A stretch of DNA of 62,611 bases, filler included, from Kipferlia bialata (Eukaryota): assembly GCA_003568945.1 (NCBI GenBank). It is 3 parts of 3 records of this genome, joined end to end, with 100 filler letters (N's around TTAATTAATTAA, not from the genome) between each part and the next. Parts side by side here need not be neighbours in the genome. Positions count along the whole stretch, not along the records: positions 1 to 28,361 come from BDIP01000152.1; 2 more parts are not named here. The stretch is one strand, 5' to 3'. The position numbers and the translations under genes are program-made. This document shows positions 11,944 through 24,114 of this stretch, piece after piece. The notes under the pieces are model-generated. The model was given only the letters and a program-made list of their open reading frames with translations, made no database searches and was not told where the DNA came from. Every line of letters starts with the position of its first letter. Within the stretch, counting starts at the first letter, position 1.

Positions 11944-13070
11944 CTAGTGCAGGAGAAGGTATCCTTCCACCCTCGCCTTCATTGCTGCTCCCCTTCTCTC
12001 TCTCTCTCTCTCCCTCTCTCTCTGTTCCTCCAGTCTCACGGCTTTGGCTGCAGCTCTTCTCTCTCTCTCCCTCTCCATCATCTCTCTGAACTCACCCCCA
12101 TCTCCCCTAGCCTCTGCCTCTTTGCGTACCCAACTCCTCTCCAACGCTACCTGCGCCCTTCTAGCCCTCCACTCAGGATCAGGTAGAGACTCGCCACGCC
12201 TCCTGGCAGCATCTCTCTCCATTACCTGAGGAATCAGTATCATAGTTAGTGACCTAATTGAAATATTGATTGTTTGATTGATTGATTGTGATAAATTGAC
12301 TGTTTTACCTCAGGAAGCCAGTCACACTCTCTTAGCCTGAGAGACACCTCTAGGTCCAGGAGGTACTCTATCTCCTCCTTCCACTCTCTGTCCCTTACTG
12401 TCTCTGTGTATACCTCAGTCAGAGAGCCGTAAGTCAAGCGACGGAGGATATGGTTGCATGTGGGACACCTAGGGTAAGTATGAGTACATATGAATATCAT
12501 AGGTGTTCCCACATTGGGTGTGGGTGAACACACACCCAATACTATCCGTACACATATGGCAATATACCAGAATAGTTGTATGTAAAAGTCAAAATATAGT
12601 GTAGTTGTATACTATACCTTTCACGCTCTCTCAGGGCACACTGTATGCATGTGGTGTGGAATGTGTGCCCGCAAGCAGTTATGGACCAATCGAAGGAGGA
12701 ATGCACCATGCCACATACTGGTCGTCCTATTGTGAGACATGTATTCTCCGTATAATCCGTATACAATAGTTCAAAACATACACATTACACTACAATACAT
12801 CCTAGAGGGGGGGGGGGAGATACCCCCAACAGAAACGGAAATTGACTATATATACATAAGAATAGGGAGTACAATGACACTATCAGTCGCCCTGTTAGAA
12901 ACGGAAATTTGAGAATACACATACAGTGTGCGTGTGAGGGGGGGAGGGTTACAATATGTGAGGTGTATCTACAACTGCAAGCACTAGTACATACCATCGC
13001 TACATATGCTGCATTTGAGACTGGCTTCAGGGACAACAGCCCTAGGGGGATCTCCCTTCTTGTATGACAT
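11944..13070 (-). CDS. RING-H2 finger protein (putative E3 ligase) with charged C-terminal region
   Basis: Exons 13070-12995, 12726-12618, 12468-12309 and 12225-11944 join in frame: CSIC...CGHTFHTTC...CPTC (C3H2C3). An acceptor at 13094 suggests further 5' exons. The C-terminus may be frameshifted (see findings). Confidence 0.75.
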
Positions 13071-14548
13071 GTATTTAACCAGTGGGATACACCCTGGAGT
13101 GAGTGACAAGGGGAGAGGGAGGGAGTCGTGATGTGGGGTGGGTGACATAGAGAGACTTGGAGACTAAGAGTGGAAAGTGAATACAGTTGGGGGAGAGAGA
13201 GAGAGAGAGAGATGCATGTATAGCACTGGGGGTGAGAGTGCAGCCGGTAGCGTATGAGGTAGGTCAATACTCATGTAGGACTTTGTGACACGAATATATG
13301 GGAGATATGGGAGGGTGGACAGTATCCACTGGCAGAGAGAGAGAGAGAGAGAGGACAGGTGTTTGTGGAGGGTAAATATATGTACTAGGGTCTGATTGTG
13401 GAGGGTGACAGAGACAGAGACAGAGAGAGAGGGGTAAGGGTTAGTGTGTTGACAGCGGACAGAGGGGAGAAGCTGTAGTCAGGGGTGAGGAGACAGAGGG
13501 AAAGACAGGGAGATGATGGGGGACACAGGGGTGAAATGGGTGGAGGGTGGGGGGGGGGGGGATATTGCAAGGGATGGAGATGTGCCCGGAGGGGATATGG
13601 GAGTGTATGGAGTACTGTATATGACAGGAGAGATACGGTGGAGAGATATTTGAAGAGAGTACATGGCAAGTATGAGATGGGAATGAATGTGGAAGTATAT
13701 ATGGCAGTACAAGGAACCACCAACAATATCAGCTAATACCCGACATAGAACCATACCTGTTTTGACAAATACACGACTAAACCAAGTAAATCGGACTCCT
13801 AAGCTCCAGAGCAATCACTAAGACAAGAGGTGCCAAGCCTCATGTTTGTCAAATAAGGGTACAGTGCAGAAAGGGTCCAGGGTCAGCACAAAAAATGTAG
13901 TGTTACCCGAATTATATTTCAATGTGAGGTCAGTGGAGAAGACTGAGGGACAGAGGTCCCCGAAGACCAGGCGCCCATAGGTCCACCTTACACTTCACTG
14001 TCCCGGCTCTGGAGGGTCTGACACGGGAGTTGGTGGTTCGTGCGCAGCTATCTGTGTTCTGCCGCGGTTCTCAGTTAATGTCCAACTCCAGTGGCACATT
14101 CTCGTGATATCGCCTCTGACAGTACCTGAGGCTCTGGCACCTCCATCAAGTTCAGTGGACCAATGGGTACTAGCAATATGCCGTGCACACCTGGTATGGA
14201 TAAGGGCTGAAGGTGAGTAGGTGTGAGAAGTGTAGCTCTGGATCCATCACTGTTCAGGGTTGAAATTGATACTACTGTTATTCTTCTTATGGGATAGTAT
14301 CACTCACACTGCGAGTGGATATGCAATATATTATGAATATAAATCAGTTTCAACTGAGATGTAGACAGAGCTGGTTTTTGACCTCTCGACAGATATATTC
14401 TGGGTAAATAATCAGAACATACATTCTTCTATTTGTCGGCGTCTACTTACTGATATAGTAGTGAACACTCTGAGGAAACGTTATCAACTCGCCAGGTATC
14501 AGAAACACTCATACAAGATATATGGCCCATAACCCTGTAAACGCATAA

Positions 14549-16094
14549 CTACCCATTCTGGTATTCTTCAGAGAGTATGTCCCAACATGCCATGGGAGAG
14601 AATACAGCTGGTAATATCTCTATCAACACGGGAGTCTCCAATCGGTGATGTTCATTGTCACTGTCTTCGAGGTCAACGTCAGTGTAGATATCAGAATCTC
14701 TCCAGCGACTGACTAAGCAAAGAAGAAGTGTATCTGGGTTAATGAGTGAGCAACATCTGATGAACAGTTGGGACTCTTCCGTAGGAATAGGAACTAGTGA
14801 CTCCAAGAATGACTGCAACTGTGGCTGTGGGATATCTAGGTATGGACCGTGACTCACAAGGTCAAACAGTGTTGCAACGCCGTTTCTATCTCTCAAGTGT
14901 AAATCACTCAATGCACAAACTGTGTCTGATGACAGTGTAAATGCGCCATTGGTCCTAGGTCTAAGAACGTTGGGAACCGATTCATACCACTCGTCATCTC
15001 CTACTTTGAGAAATGGCCACATAAAATACTCCGCACCCACCGCCCTGTGTATGAACCCCTCTGGAAGAGGACCCAAACCCTGAGACCAGGGCCCCTCCTC
15101 GATGGATGTTGAATACAACTGGACACTTCCGCACCCAAACGTTGCTGGTGTTATGATGTTGTCTCCCACAACATAATGGTTTGCTCTTTCCATTTGACGA
15201 GTGATGTATGGGGGTAAGGCTCCAATCTCTTCCCAGTTCTCGCTCTCAGAGTCAAGCCTCCAGATGCCGTTACTTGTCTCCTGATCTAAGTGAGTGGAAG
15301 TGCTCTTCTTTAACCCCCCTGCAATCAGTAGCCCACCGTTGATGCACCCGTGGCTGAAGACGCCTCGGGGGCTAGGCCTCACCCTCCCTCTGTTCCACCA
15401 TCCTCCATCTTAGAGTGTCTAGAGCGAGGACATAGACGTCGAAGTCGTCATACACTAGGGTGTCTTCTCCAAAATCAATTGTCATTGTCTCCACAATCGC
15501 ATATACAACGCCCCAGTCTGAGGGTACCAGTTTCACGTCGGGATGGGTGAATATGAGAGGTGTAGACGCTGGCCTCTTTCTCCAGTCCCATTCAGGGGTC
15601 TCAATGGGTACATCCACAGCAGTCCACCGGGTGAGACCCTTACCCTCACCCTCACAAATGATGGCATCTGGCTGTAGAGTCTTCATACAGATTCTGGGTT
15701 AGAGCCAGACGGTCGTTAGATGTGAAAGAATGTGTCCACTTGCAGGATAAGTATACCAGTAAGATTTACATAGTGCTATTGTACTCATCCTGAAAGTGTA
15801 TAGAGTATGCGTACCTCTGGATCAGATAAAAATAGTATATGTGTGTATCTGGGTCCACTCCCCTAAAATGAGAACCATGAATATACTATAGTATATTTCA
15901 CTATTTAGTGGAAGGACACTACACACTGTGTAGAACAGAGCACAATTTGTTCTATTTACAATATACAGTATTGTATACCTGTTTGTGTTGTCCACACCCA
16001 TTACTGTGTTATGTCCGACGCAAACCCATGAGTGAACGGCTGTCCCAAGTGGGTCAGCAATACCAGCCAGTCTGAAAAATGGGTTACTGTCCAT
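14549..16094 (-). pseudogene. Two-exon Kelch-like family member 4, disrupted at ~15372-15380
   Basis: Exon 1 is 16094-15979 (WVCVGHNTVMG) and exon 2 starts at 15693. The frame stops at EQREGEA* and homology continues in another frame (PSPRGVFSHGC...LLIAGG...LINPDTLL). It could be a pseudogene or an assembly error. Confidence 0.7.
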
Positions 16095-16701
16095 TGGTAA
16101 TTGATGGATGAACAGTCAGTTGGAAGAGAGGGCAATGGCCATGTGGTGAGGTGCGAACAGTGAGTTGCCATGATGGCATCTTTAGTAGATGCTTTGTAGA
16201 ATAGATGCCTTGTGGAGACCGGGAGAAAACCTAGTTGTACAGGATTGGCTGGATACTGTAGTCTGTCTGAGATTCAGACAGACTAGACTCAGACTCTGAG
16301 TCTGCCTCTGACTTGTCCAGAGTAAGCTGTCAATGTGAATGTCTGGGCATATAGCTACTCGGCAATGGTATTGATTGGTGTTTATTTCATACTCTACTGA
16401 GTAGAGTCTACTCGACTACTAATAGTAGTCTACTATGCCGGTAGATGTAAATTCTGGTACAGTATTACACACTACCATCTTACGCCACAAGTTACAGTAA
16501 TTATTATTGTAACCAGGACACTGTCCGATGATCAGCACCTGATATGTACTATATAATAATGTGCTAAGTATGATAGATCAATTCTGTGATACTTTGTAAC
16601 TCAGTAGTCTATATTTAACAAAGCATACTCATACACTGTGAATCATTTGAGAGAGTGCAATACATTCGGAAACAAAGGCCTATGTCTCAAATACAATTTG
16701 T

Positions 16702-19700
16702 TCACTGGTGTAACACTTCAGATCGCTTCGCAAGGACCGCTCTGAAACTGAGTGGGGTACTATCTACACTTGAGACATCTCGGTTCCTTGTGACACTTGC
16801 TTGATCTTCAGTTGACATGATCGAGGTATCTGTTCCAACAACTGGCACCAGTCTCCCCTTGTCACTTGAAGGACCAGTTGGAAAAGGATCCAGTATAATC
16901 TGGGAATCAGAGTAGAAATACAGTCATATACACACTCTGCAACTATTTGCCAACTACCTCTCTTACCTTCACTCTCCCTCTTCTCTCCCCTCTCCCACCC
17001 CTGAGCGCAGCAGCTCCAGCCTTCCCAATACTGTTGTTCTTAAGGTGTATCTGGTCATTAGACTCTGTCAAACATCCCATAGTGGCTTTGTATAAGTAAC
17101 ATCAGTGAATATTACGTGCGCCAATGGATAAGGATCAGAGATATCACACTATGCTACATTGTCACTTACCTCTCTGAGACTGGTCATTCTAGGCAATGCA
17201 CCCGACAGTAACTGGGCACCCATGTCTGATATACAGTTGCCGGACAGGTAGAGCTGAAGAGTGAGATAGACTGTAGCACAATGGTTGACAGAGTGATTTA
17301 CAGTTGTGTATTTACTATTATGTACAATACCTGTCTCAGTGATGTGAGCTGTGGCAGACCGACACCCAATGCGGCTACACCTGCATCACCAATATTATTG
17401 GACACAAGGTCAAGCTGGAATGTGAGATGTACATACAAGTAGCCTACTTGTAACAAGTAGGTACTAAGAATGAGACGGCATTTGCTGAATACTTCTATGT
17501 GTTTGTGTATGTGTATTCCCAACACTTGGAAGGTGTGTAATATACACATACCTTCCTATCTATACTTCTACTTCTACCTATATATATATATACACCCCTA
17601 CCCTTGTGAGGTGTGTCAGCAGAGGCAGGGCCGGCACCAGATACGCGTATACCTTATATATGTTTAAGTGTATATATACACACACACACATATATATATA
17701 CCCTAGTGAGGTGTGTCAGCAGAGGCAGGGCCTGGGCCAGACAGGCAGCGCCAATGTCCCCAATGTTGTTGCTGCGAAGATGAAGCTGAGTATTAAGCTT
17801 AGTTAGCTTAGTGAAAACAAATGTACATATTATATATAAGGTCCATCCAGCACGTGATTTAAGGCAAGTATGTATACAGTGTCCCACCTCTGTCAGATTG
17901 GGAAGGAGTGCGAGTGCCTGCACGAGAGCTGCTACGCCAATGTGGCCTATGTCTCTGTACATTATGTGGAGCTGGGGGTGAGAGACGAACAGCGTATATA
18001 TACATGTGTTTGTATACATATTAGAGTACGATACAATATATCACCTGAAGAAGAGGTATGCATATATGTCATATACAATGATTCACCTTCTCTCCCCCCT
18101 TTGCTCTACACTTCTGCACTTCTTCTACCACAGGTGGTACAGTGCACCCACGGCACCATGCTCGGAACTGGTTTTCCTTCTCACTTTCTTCCCGCTCTTG
18201 CTTGTCTCTAGCCTCAGCCAGCTCTCTGGCCCTGCTCACTCTGGCCTCAGGTGGAGTGGTGAGGACAGACGATATCTGCTGCTGACAAGAACCACTGATG
18301 GAGTTGCCCCTCAGGTTCAGCTTCTAGTTAGATATACACTGGTTAGTATAAACTATATCACCATATGGACCAGTATCGAATATTTGTAGCTCACCTTAGT
18401 CAGGTTTGGTAGCCAGAGAAGGCTCTCAGCCAAAGCAATACAACCCTCCTCTCCGATGATGTGCTCGGAGATGTCTAACTTGGGGTGAGAAACTATATAC
18501 AATATATATTCAATCACTCATAGTATCATGTATCTCGTACCACTGTAACCAAATATCGTGTGCTGTAAACAACCGACAGTATACTATGTCTCATGAGATA
18601 CAACACCGGTATGGTGTGATCAATGAATTAATGCATTGATTAGGTATCCCATAGATAGTATCAATGTGATACCTCAGTGAGTAGTGTATGTCTCCTAAGG
18701 GCGAGTGCCAATAAAGAGGCGCCATCATCCTCAATGCCTCCATATGCCAAAGATAACTGGTGTCATAAGAAACGAAGTGAGACACAGAGAAATCTCAATT
18801 TGAGTATGCCTCCATATGGAAGATGAAGCTGTTGTTATACCACACAAACACAAACAGAGGTCGTAAATAAGACAGAGTGAAGTATAGCGAAACACTAGAA
18901 TCTTATAAGGAGACTGTACCTTGGTCAATTGAGATATCTCTCTCAACCCCTCAGCTATCTGAAGAGCAGAGCGGTTGGACACCTGGTTTCCAACCAAGTC
19001 TAGCTGAGGTCAGCAACTCTAGTGGTACCTACGTTTACTTCACCAAGCTATATGAATGTAGCCCTCATATTATGTGTTCTTTAGGGAGATAGAGTATTCT
19101 CCATTGAGATAATATAGCAGATATTCATACAGATTGTACTTACCACAGACAAGGTGGTCATGTGGGGCAAAGCCTGTGCTAGCTGGCAAAGAGACTCCTG
19201 ACTCAAGTGATTGAACCTTAGGTACAACTGAGCGTGAGACATTATATGGACACTCGGGATGTGGTTCTCTAAGGGTTGCCACATAACACAGTGTATTTGG
19301 AGTAGGAATTGGTAAATAGTCAGTGACGCGAACCTCAGTAAGACCTGGCATCTCTACTAGAGACGCACACAGTGCCAGGGCACCTGGGTCTCCAAAGCCA
19401 AGCTCATCAAGGTTCAGCTGATGTAAGAGTCTGTGAGAGCTTTGTAAAAGGTAAAAATGGATTAGTTGGAAGCGTAGCCAAGCTCATCAAGGTTTAGCTG
19501 ACATCAGAAGCTGCGAAGATAACCTGAATGGAAGACCACGAGTAGTGGATAGTATACATGGTAAGAATATGTGAGGCTGACAATCAATCAAATACCACGT
19601 ACCACTCTCAACGCCGGCATCACAGCAAATGACTGCGACAGGGCAGTCATACCAACGTCTCCAAAAGGATTGTAGTGCCCGAGGTCCAACTGATCATAAG

Positions 19701-22700
19701 TATATTTATAGAATTAATCATGAATGTTTGTTTATGTATACCAGTACTACAATCATTACACTTGTATATGAATACTTGCAGGTAAGTTGCCAGCATAAGA
19801 TGGAGATGACAATAGTACTAACCTCATGTAAGGATGGCATGTTGGCAATTGCTTCACCCAAGAATGTAGCAGCGGCATCGTCGATGGAGTTCTGCCTCAA
19901 GGAGAGCTGAAGATGAGTGATGACAATTCTCTGTAAACGAATCTCCACTAATTCTGGCATATACTCTCTTGCTGCATATCATACTACGAGAGTAGGGCCT
20001 ACAATGGACAACTCTAAGTACCTTTCCGAGACTCTCTAGCTGTGGAAGCACGTCACTCAGAGCTCTGGTACTATGCTCTCCCAAGGAACACCTATCCAGA
20101 ACTAGCTGATGTCAAGTGACCTGAATAGAGATAGAGTATCAAGGATATAGAGACAAGTATTGAGAATAGTGTATACTGAATGTAAAGGCGTACCGATTCT
20201 AAGCGGGGCAGAGAGCGCAACGAGTGTGCAAGAATATCAGCTCCTGTCTTGTTTGTCCCTCCATACATTCTGTCCAGATTGTGACCACAGAGGTTGAGCT
20301 GATGGTTAGGGGAACCCTAGAATCCAATGAATATAGAGAATATTAGTAGGGTACCAGACAAGTTCTATGAATCCATAGATTGCAGAATAATCACTCACCG
20401 ACTTGAGATTGTGTGCTCCAGAGAGTCCGCGTAGGATGGGGTGTGTGGAACCACTGATACGAGTTCGGGCACTCAAATCCAGCTAGAGGTTAGTACTCAG
20501 CGATATTAGCAGTATATACACAATCTGAATACAATAAGGGCTGTCTGCCTTACCAGTTCAAGTTGGTGCATCTGTGTAAGGGCCGATCCTAGCACCGACG
20601 CTCCATCTTCTCCTATCAAGTTGTCACTCAAGTCCAGCTGATATGAGGACAGAGGACACAGGAGATACCATGGGGAACATGGGTAAGATACCAACCTCTG
20701 TTACTGTGGGATGTTGCGCTAGTACACCCGCTATTGCACTAATGCCAGTAGATGTCAGGGTGCACCGTCTCAGGTACAACTGGTATGAGGGACCTTGATT
20801 ACTCCTCCATCCTCAGTATGTACAAATTGTGATGTACATCAATTTAACTAGGAAAGTAACCATGATACCTTGGTAAGACACTCCATCTTAGAGAGAGCCC
20901 GTGCCAATTCCACGGCAACATCATCCCACATACGGTTGTCGCTGAGGTCCAACTGGGGTAAGATTCCGCATCTAGTATCCACTAAGGCAAAGGATGAATG
21001 GCGAGTGGATATATGTATACTACTGTATCACCCTTTACATCAGATATGACAGAAGACGTACCACAGTGAGTGTTGGAACCTCCATCAGAGCTCTTACTAG
21101 CACTAAGGCACCTGGCTCATACTGATAGTGTGCTGCTACCCCCTCAATTTGACACCCGATCAGGTGCAGCTGATATTAGATGATGAGTTATGTGCACTGG
21201 TGTATATGTAAATGCTAAGAATACTGCAACAATGGACCGCTCTTCCGGGAGCAGAATTCTTATGACGTACCTCCTGAATAGCCTCCAATCGTGGCAGGAT
21301 CTGAGCTAGCACCGATCCTCCTCCGTCGCCAAGGGCATTGTGGCTCAACACTAGCTGGAGTGAGAGAGACGCCTACACTCATGCATTCATATCATATATT
21401 AACGACAAATACAAATGAATAACCAAATTCCTGTACTCTCAACACTAGAGATAAACAGACACATACCTCGAATATATACATCCAATGACCATATGATTAG
21501 GTATATAGCAACAGTTACCCCTACCTTTCTGAGACCGTTCAGTCTTGGTAGGAAAGCACCTATCCTGCCAACACCCTCCACTCCTATGCGGTTGTGGGAC
21601 AGGTCCAACTGGGGTGAGATAACTTGGGATTAAAGTAGATAACATACAGTTTGGATCACTCCAATATCTCTATGAGTTCCAATCTAACAGTAGATGTTAA
21701 TGGATATAGATCAGCATGGTTGTGGGACTGGTCCAACTGGGTTGAGTGTCCAGAAGTAGGAGATAACATATATAACCTCATATATATACCTCGGTCACAG
21801 CGTCTGGAATTGATGAGCTCAACCATCCAGTGCCGTCTAGATTGGCATTGCGCAGGGAGAGCTTAGGGTAAGTAGTCGACACAACATCTATACATGCAGA
21901 AATCATGAAGATGTTGGCATTGCGTAGGGACAATTGTACAATGAGAAGATATCTATGATGGAGGACAGAGGGAAGGAGATACATTAAAGAATGTGACTTC
22001 AGGTTGGTATTGCGCAGGGACAGCTATACAGTGAGTGGACACTCTGTATGGTATCTATAATGTATGATGGGGTAGACATAGTGTGAGGGCAGTTGACATT
22101 GATACTAAACATAATCACCACATCTAGAGTCACTGCTGTAGCGAAGGTGTAGAAGAGTAGGGAGATGTACGTAAAAATCCATCAGGCAGTGATGTAGTAG
22201 GGTAAGTGGACATAGCTACCTTGCCACCCGTGGTACAGTGGGCAAAACACTTAGTGACTGATGTAGCTATGACACATGATAGCAATCAATATTGTGAGGG
22301 AGGAGTAACACATTCAGGGAAGTACCTTTGCCACCCCTGGCACATTGTCGAGTGCTCTGAAGAACGGAAACCCAGCATCGGCATACAGGTCGATGCCATC
22401 CAGGGACAACTATTGATTAGATACACATATGTAACAGTACACTATGCATATATGTAACAGTACACTATACATATCACAATTTTCCACAGCTATTGATAAA
22501 CAATATGAATGTATTGATCTAGCTCGATGCGATCTAGGCACATCTAAGGGTGGGATATACACTACGGGGGGGGTAGGGGCTAGAAATAGAAGTGAGTGAT
22601 ATGGAGAGAGGGAGAGAGCGAGATATATATAGACACAATCAGTCATATTGATATGAAACTAGGGGAAGAGAGAGAGAGACATAGCTTTACCGTACCGTGG

Positions 22701-22841
22701 ACACAGGTCCCACATGTGAGATGGCGTATGAGAGTGCCCTGACTGCATCTGGGTCTCTGATGTGCAAAGGGGTAAGGGATAGCTGAGATTAGACATGCGT
22801 ACATCTAAATCCACATGTAAGTATCTCTATAATTAGTTAGA

Positions 22842-22875
<34 letters not shown>

Positions 22876-23530
22876 TATGACAGAGAGAGCCCTGATTGCA
22901 TCTGGTCTTCTAAGACGCGGAGGTGTCAAATACAGCTGATGTGTTAGATGTGGATAAAACTCTCATATACATACAATGTAGTATCACTGACTGCATCTGG
23001 GTCTCTAAGATGGAGAGGTGTCAGACAGATATGAACTAGAGAGAAGGATAGGGAGAGAGGGGGGGAATTAAGCATCAGATACTATAACGAACAAGGGTGT
23101 TGTGGATGTTTATATTAAAGGGGTGTGATGCGTGTAGGTGGTAATAGAGAGAGGATATAGTAGGGAGGGGGGGGGGGAATTGAGCACTAGACAATGAACG
23201 TGACATCAGCTGGAAGAGGGATGGCTGAAGGTGCAAGGGAGCGGGTAGTGAGACAAGGATGTGAGGGGGGGAAAGGGGGGGGGGGTATGTGTATGTGACA
23301 GCTGTCTTGCCTCTGTATCCCCCTCCCTCTCTCTGAACTGCCTCAGAGTGGCAGCCACCCCGGCATCTTCACACTGCCTGATGATAAGTATATCGGACTG
23401 CTCAATAATATACAATTATCATGATACACATACATATCATCTTCACACTGCCTGATGATAAGTATACACATATGACATATAGTATACAGGTGATTATGTA
23501 GTATCTGATTGGTGTTACCTACTGCACCAT
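16702..23530 (-). CDS. Ribonuclease-inhibitor-like (28-residue) leucine-rich repeat protein, ~25 LRR exons
   Basis: Successive phase-0 exons of mostly 84 nt each encode one repeat, e.g. LDLSHNRIGVEGVGRIGAFLPRLNGLRK (21608-21525), LSLRQNSIDDAAATFLGEAIANMPSLHE and LDLVSNNIGDAGVAALGVGLPQLTSLRQ. The last exon is ~16899-16702. Structure upstream of ~22785 is uncertain. Confidence 0.85.
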
Positions 23531-23570
23531 GGCTGGTAAGGGAGGTGATTCTTTAGGGGGGTGGGGGAGG

Positions 23571-23611
<41 letters not shown>

Positions 23612-23819
23612 AGAGCATAGTCTAGTGAGAGTCTTCCAAATCTGAGTATTGACACAGTGGTTGGTACTAACATATACTGAATACACAGAGACTGAGCGTC
23701 AATGGGGGAGCAAATTCTCTGCTCTTCAGGACACATCCTGACATACAGGCACTGTCACCCTGCCCAGACAAACAAATACACTCACACCACTCCTCTCTAG
23801 TGCATATATAAGCACTCAC

Positions 23820-23993
23820 CCCGTCCTGCAGCCTTCCGTCCAGTATCTGCTGCAGCACCTCGACACAGTATGCACGGGGGTTCTCTGGGTTGGTGTATGA
23901 CACCATGGCAGCCAGATACCGCAGCAGGTCCGTCACCTGGTACTTGCTCAGATACGCAAGGGCCGCAGCCCTTGGGTCATTGCCAGAGTCCAT
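23820..23993 (-). CDS. Small RIIa/DPY-30-like dimerization-docking domain exon (EFCAB10-like)
   Basis: MDSGNDPRAAALAYLSKYQVTDLLRYLAAMVSYTNPENPRAYCVEVLQQI fits the YL.k..i..l...l......PenP..y pattern and ends at a GTGAGT donor. Downstream exons are unresolved. Confidence 0.55.
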
Positions 23994-24114
23994 GGGGGGC
24001 ACAGAGTGTGGACTGTAAGAGAGACAGAGGAATTGGCTATGGTTCCGAGACAAAAAGTCAAGGGGGCCAGGTCACTCAGCACAGAATCTATTGAGTTACC
24101 CTTCTGGAGAGCAA

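Noticed and set aside
15372..15374. In-frame TAG as evidence of stop-codon reassignment
   Set aside because: A frameshift accompanies it, and TAG, TAA and TGA all terminate other genes here normally.
23559..23608. Long G tracts (also 56916-56965 and 62563-62585) as functional G-quadruplex elements
   Set aside because: Homopolymer lengths near gaps and contig ends are unreliable, and there is no supporting context.
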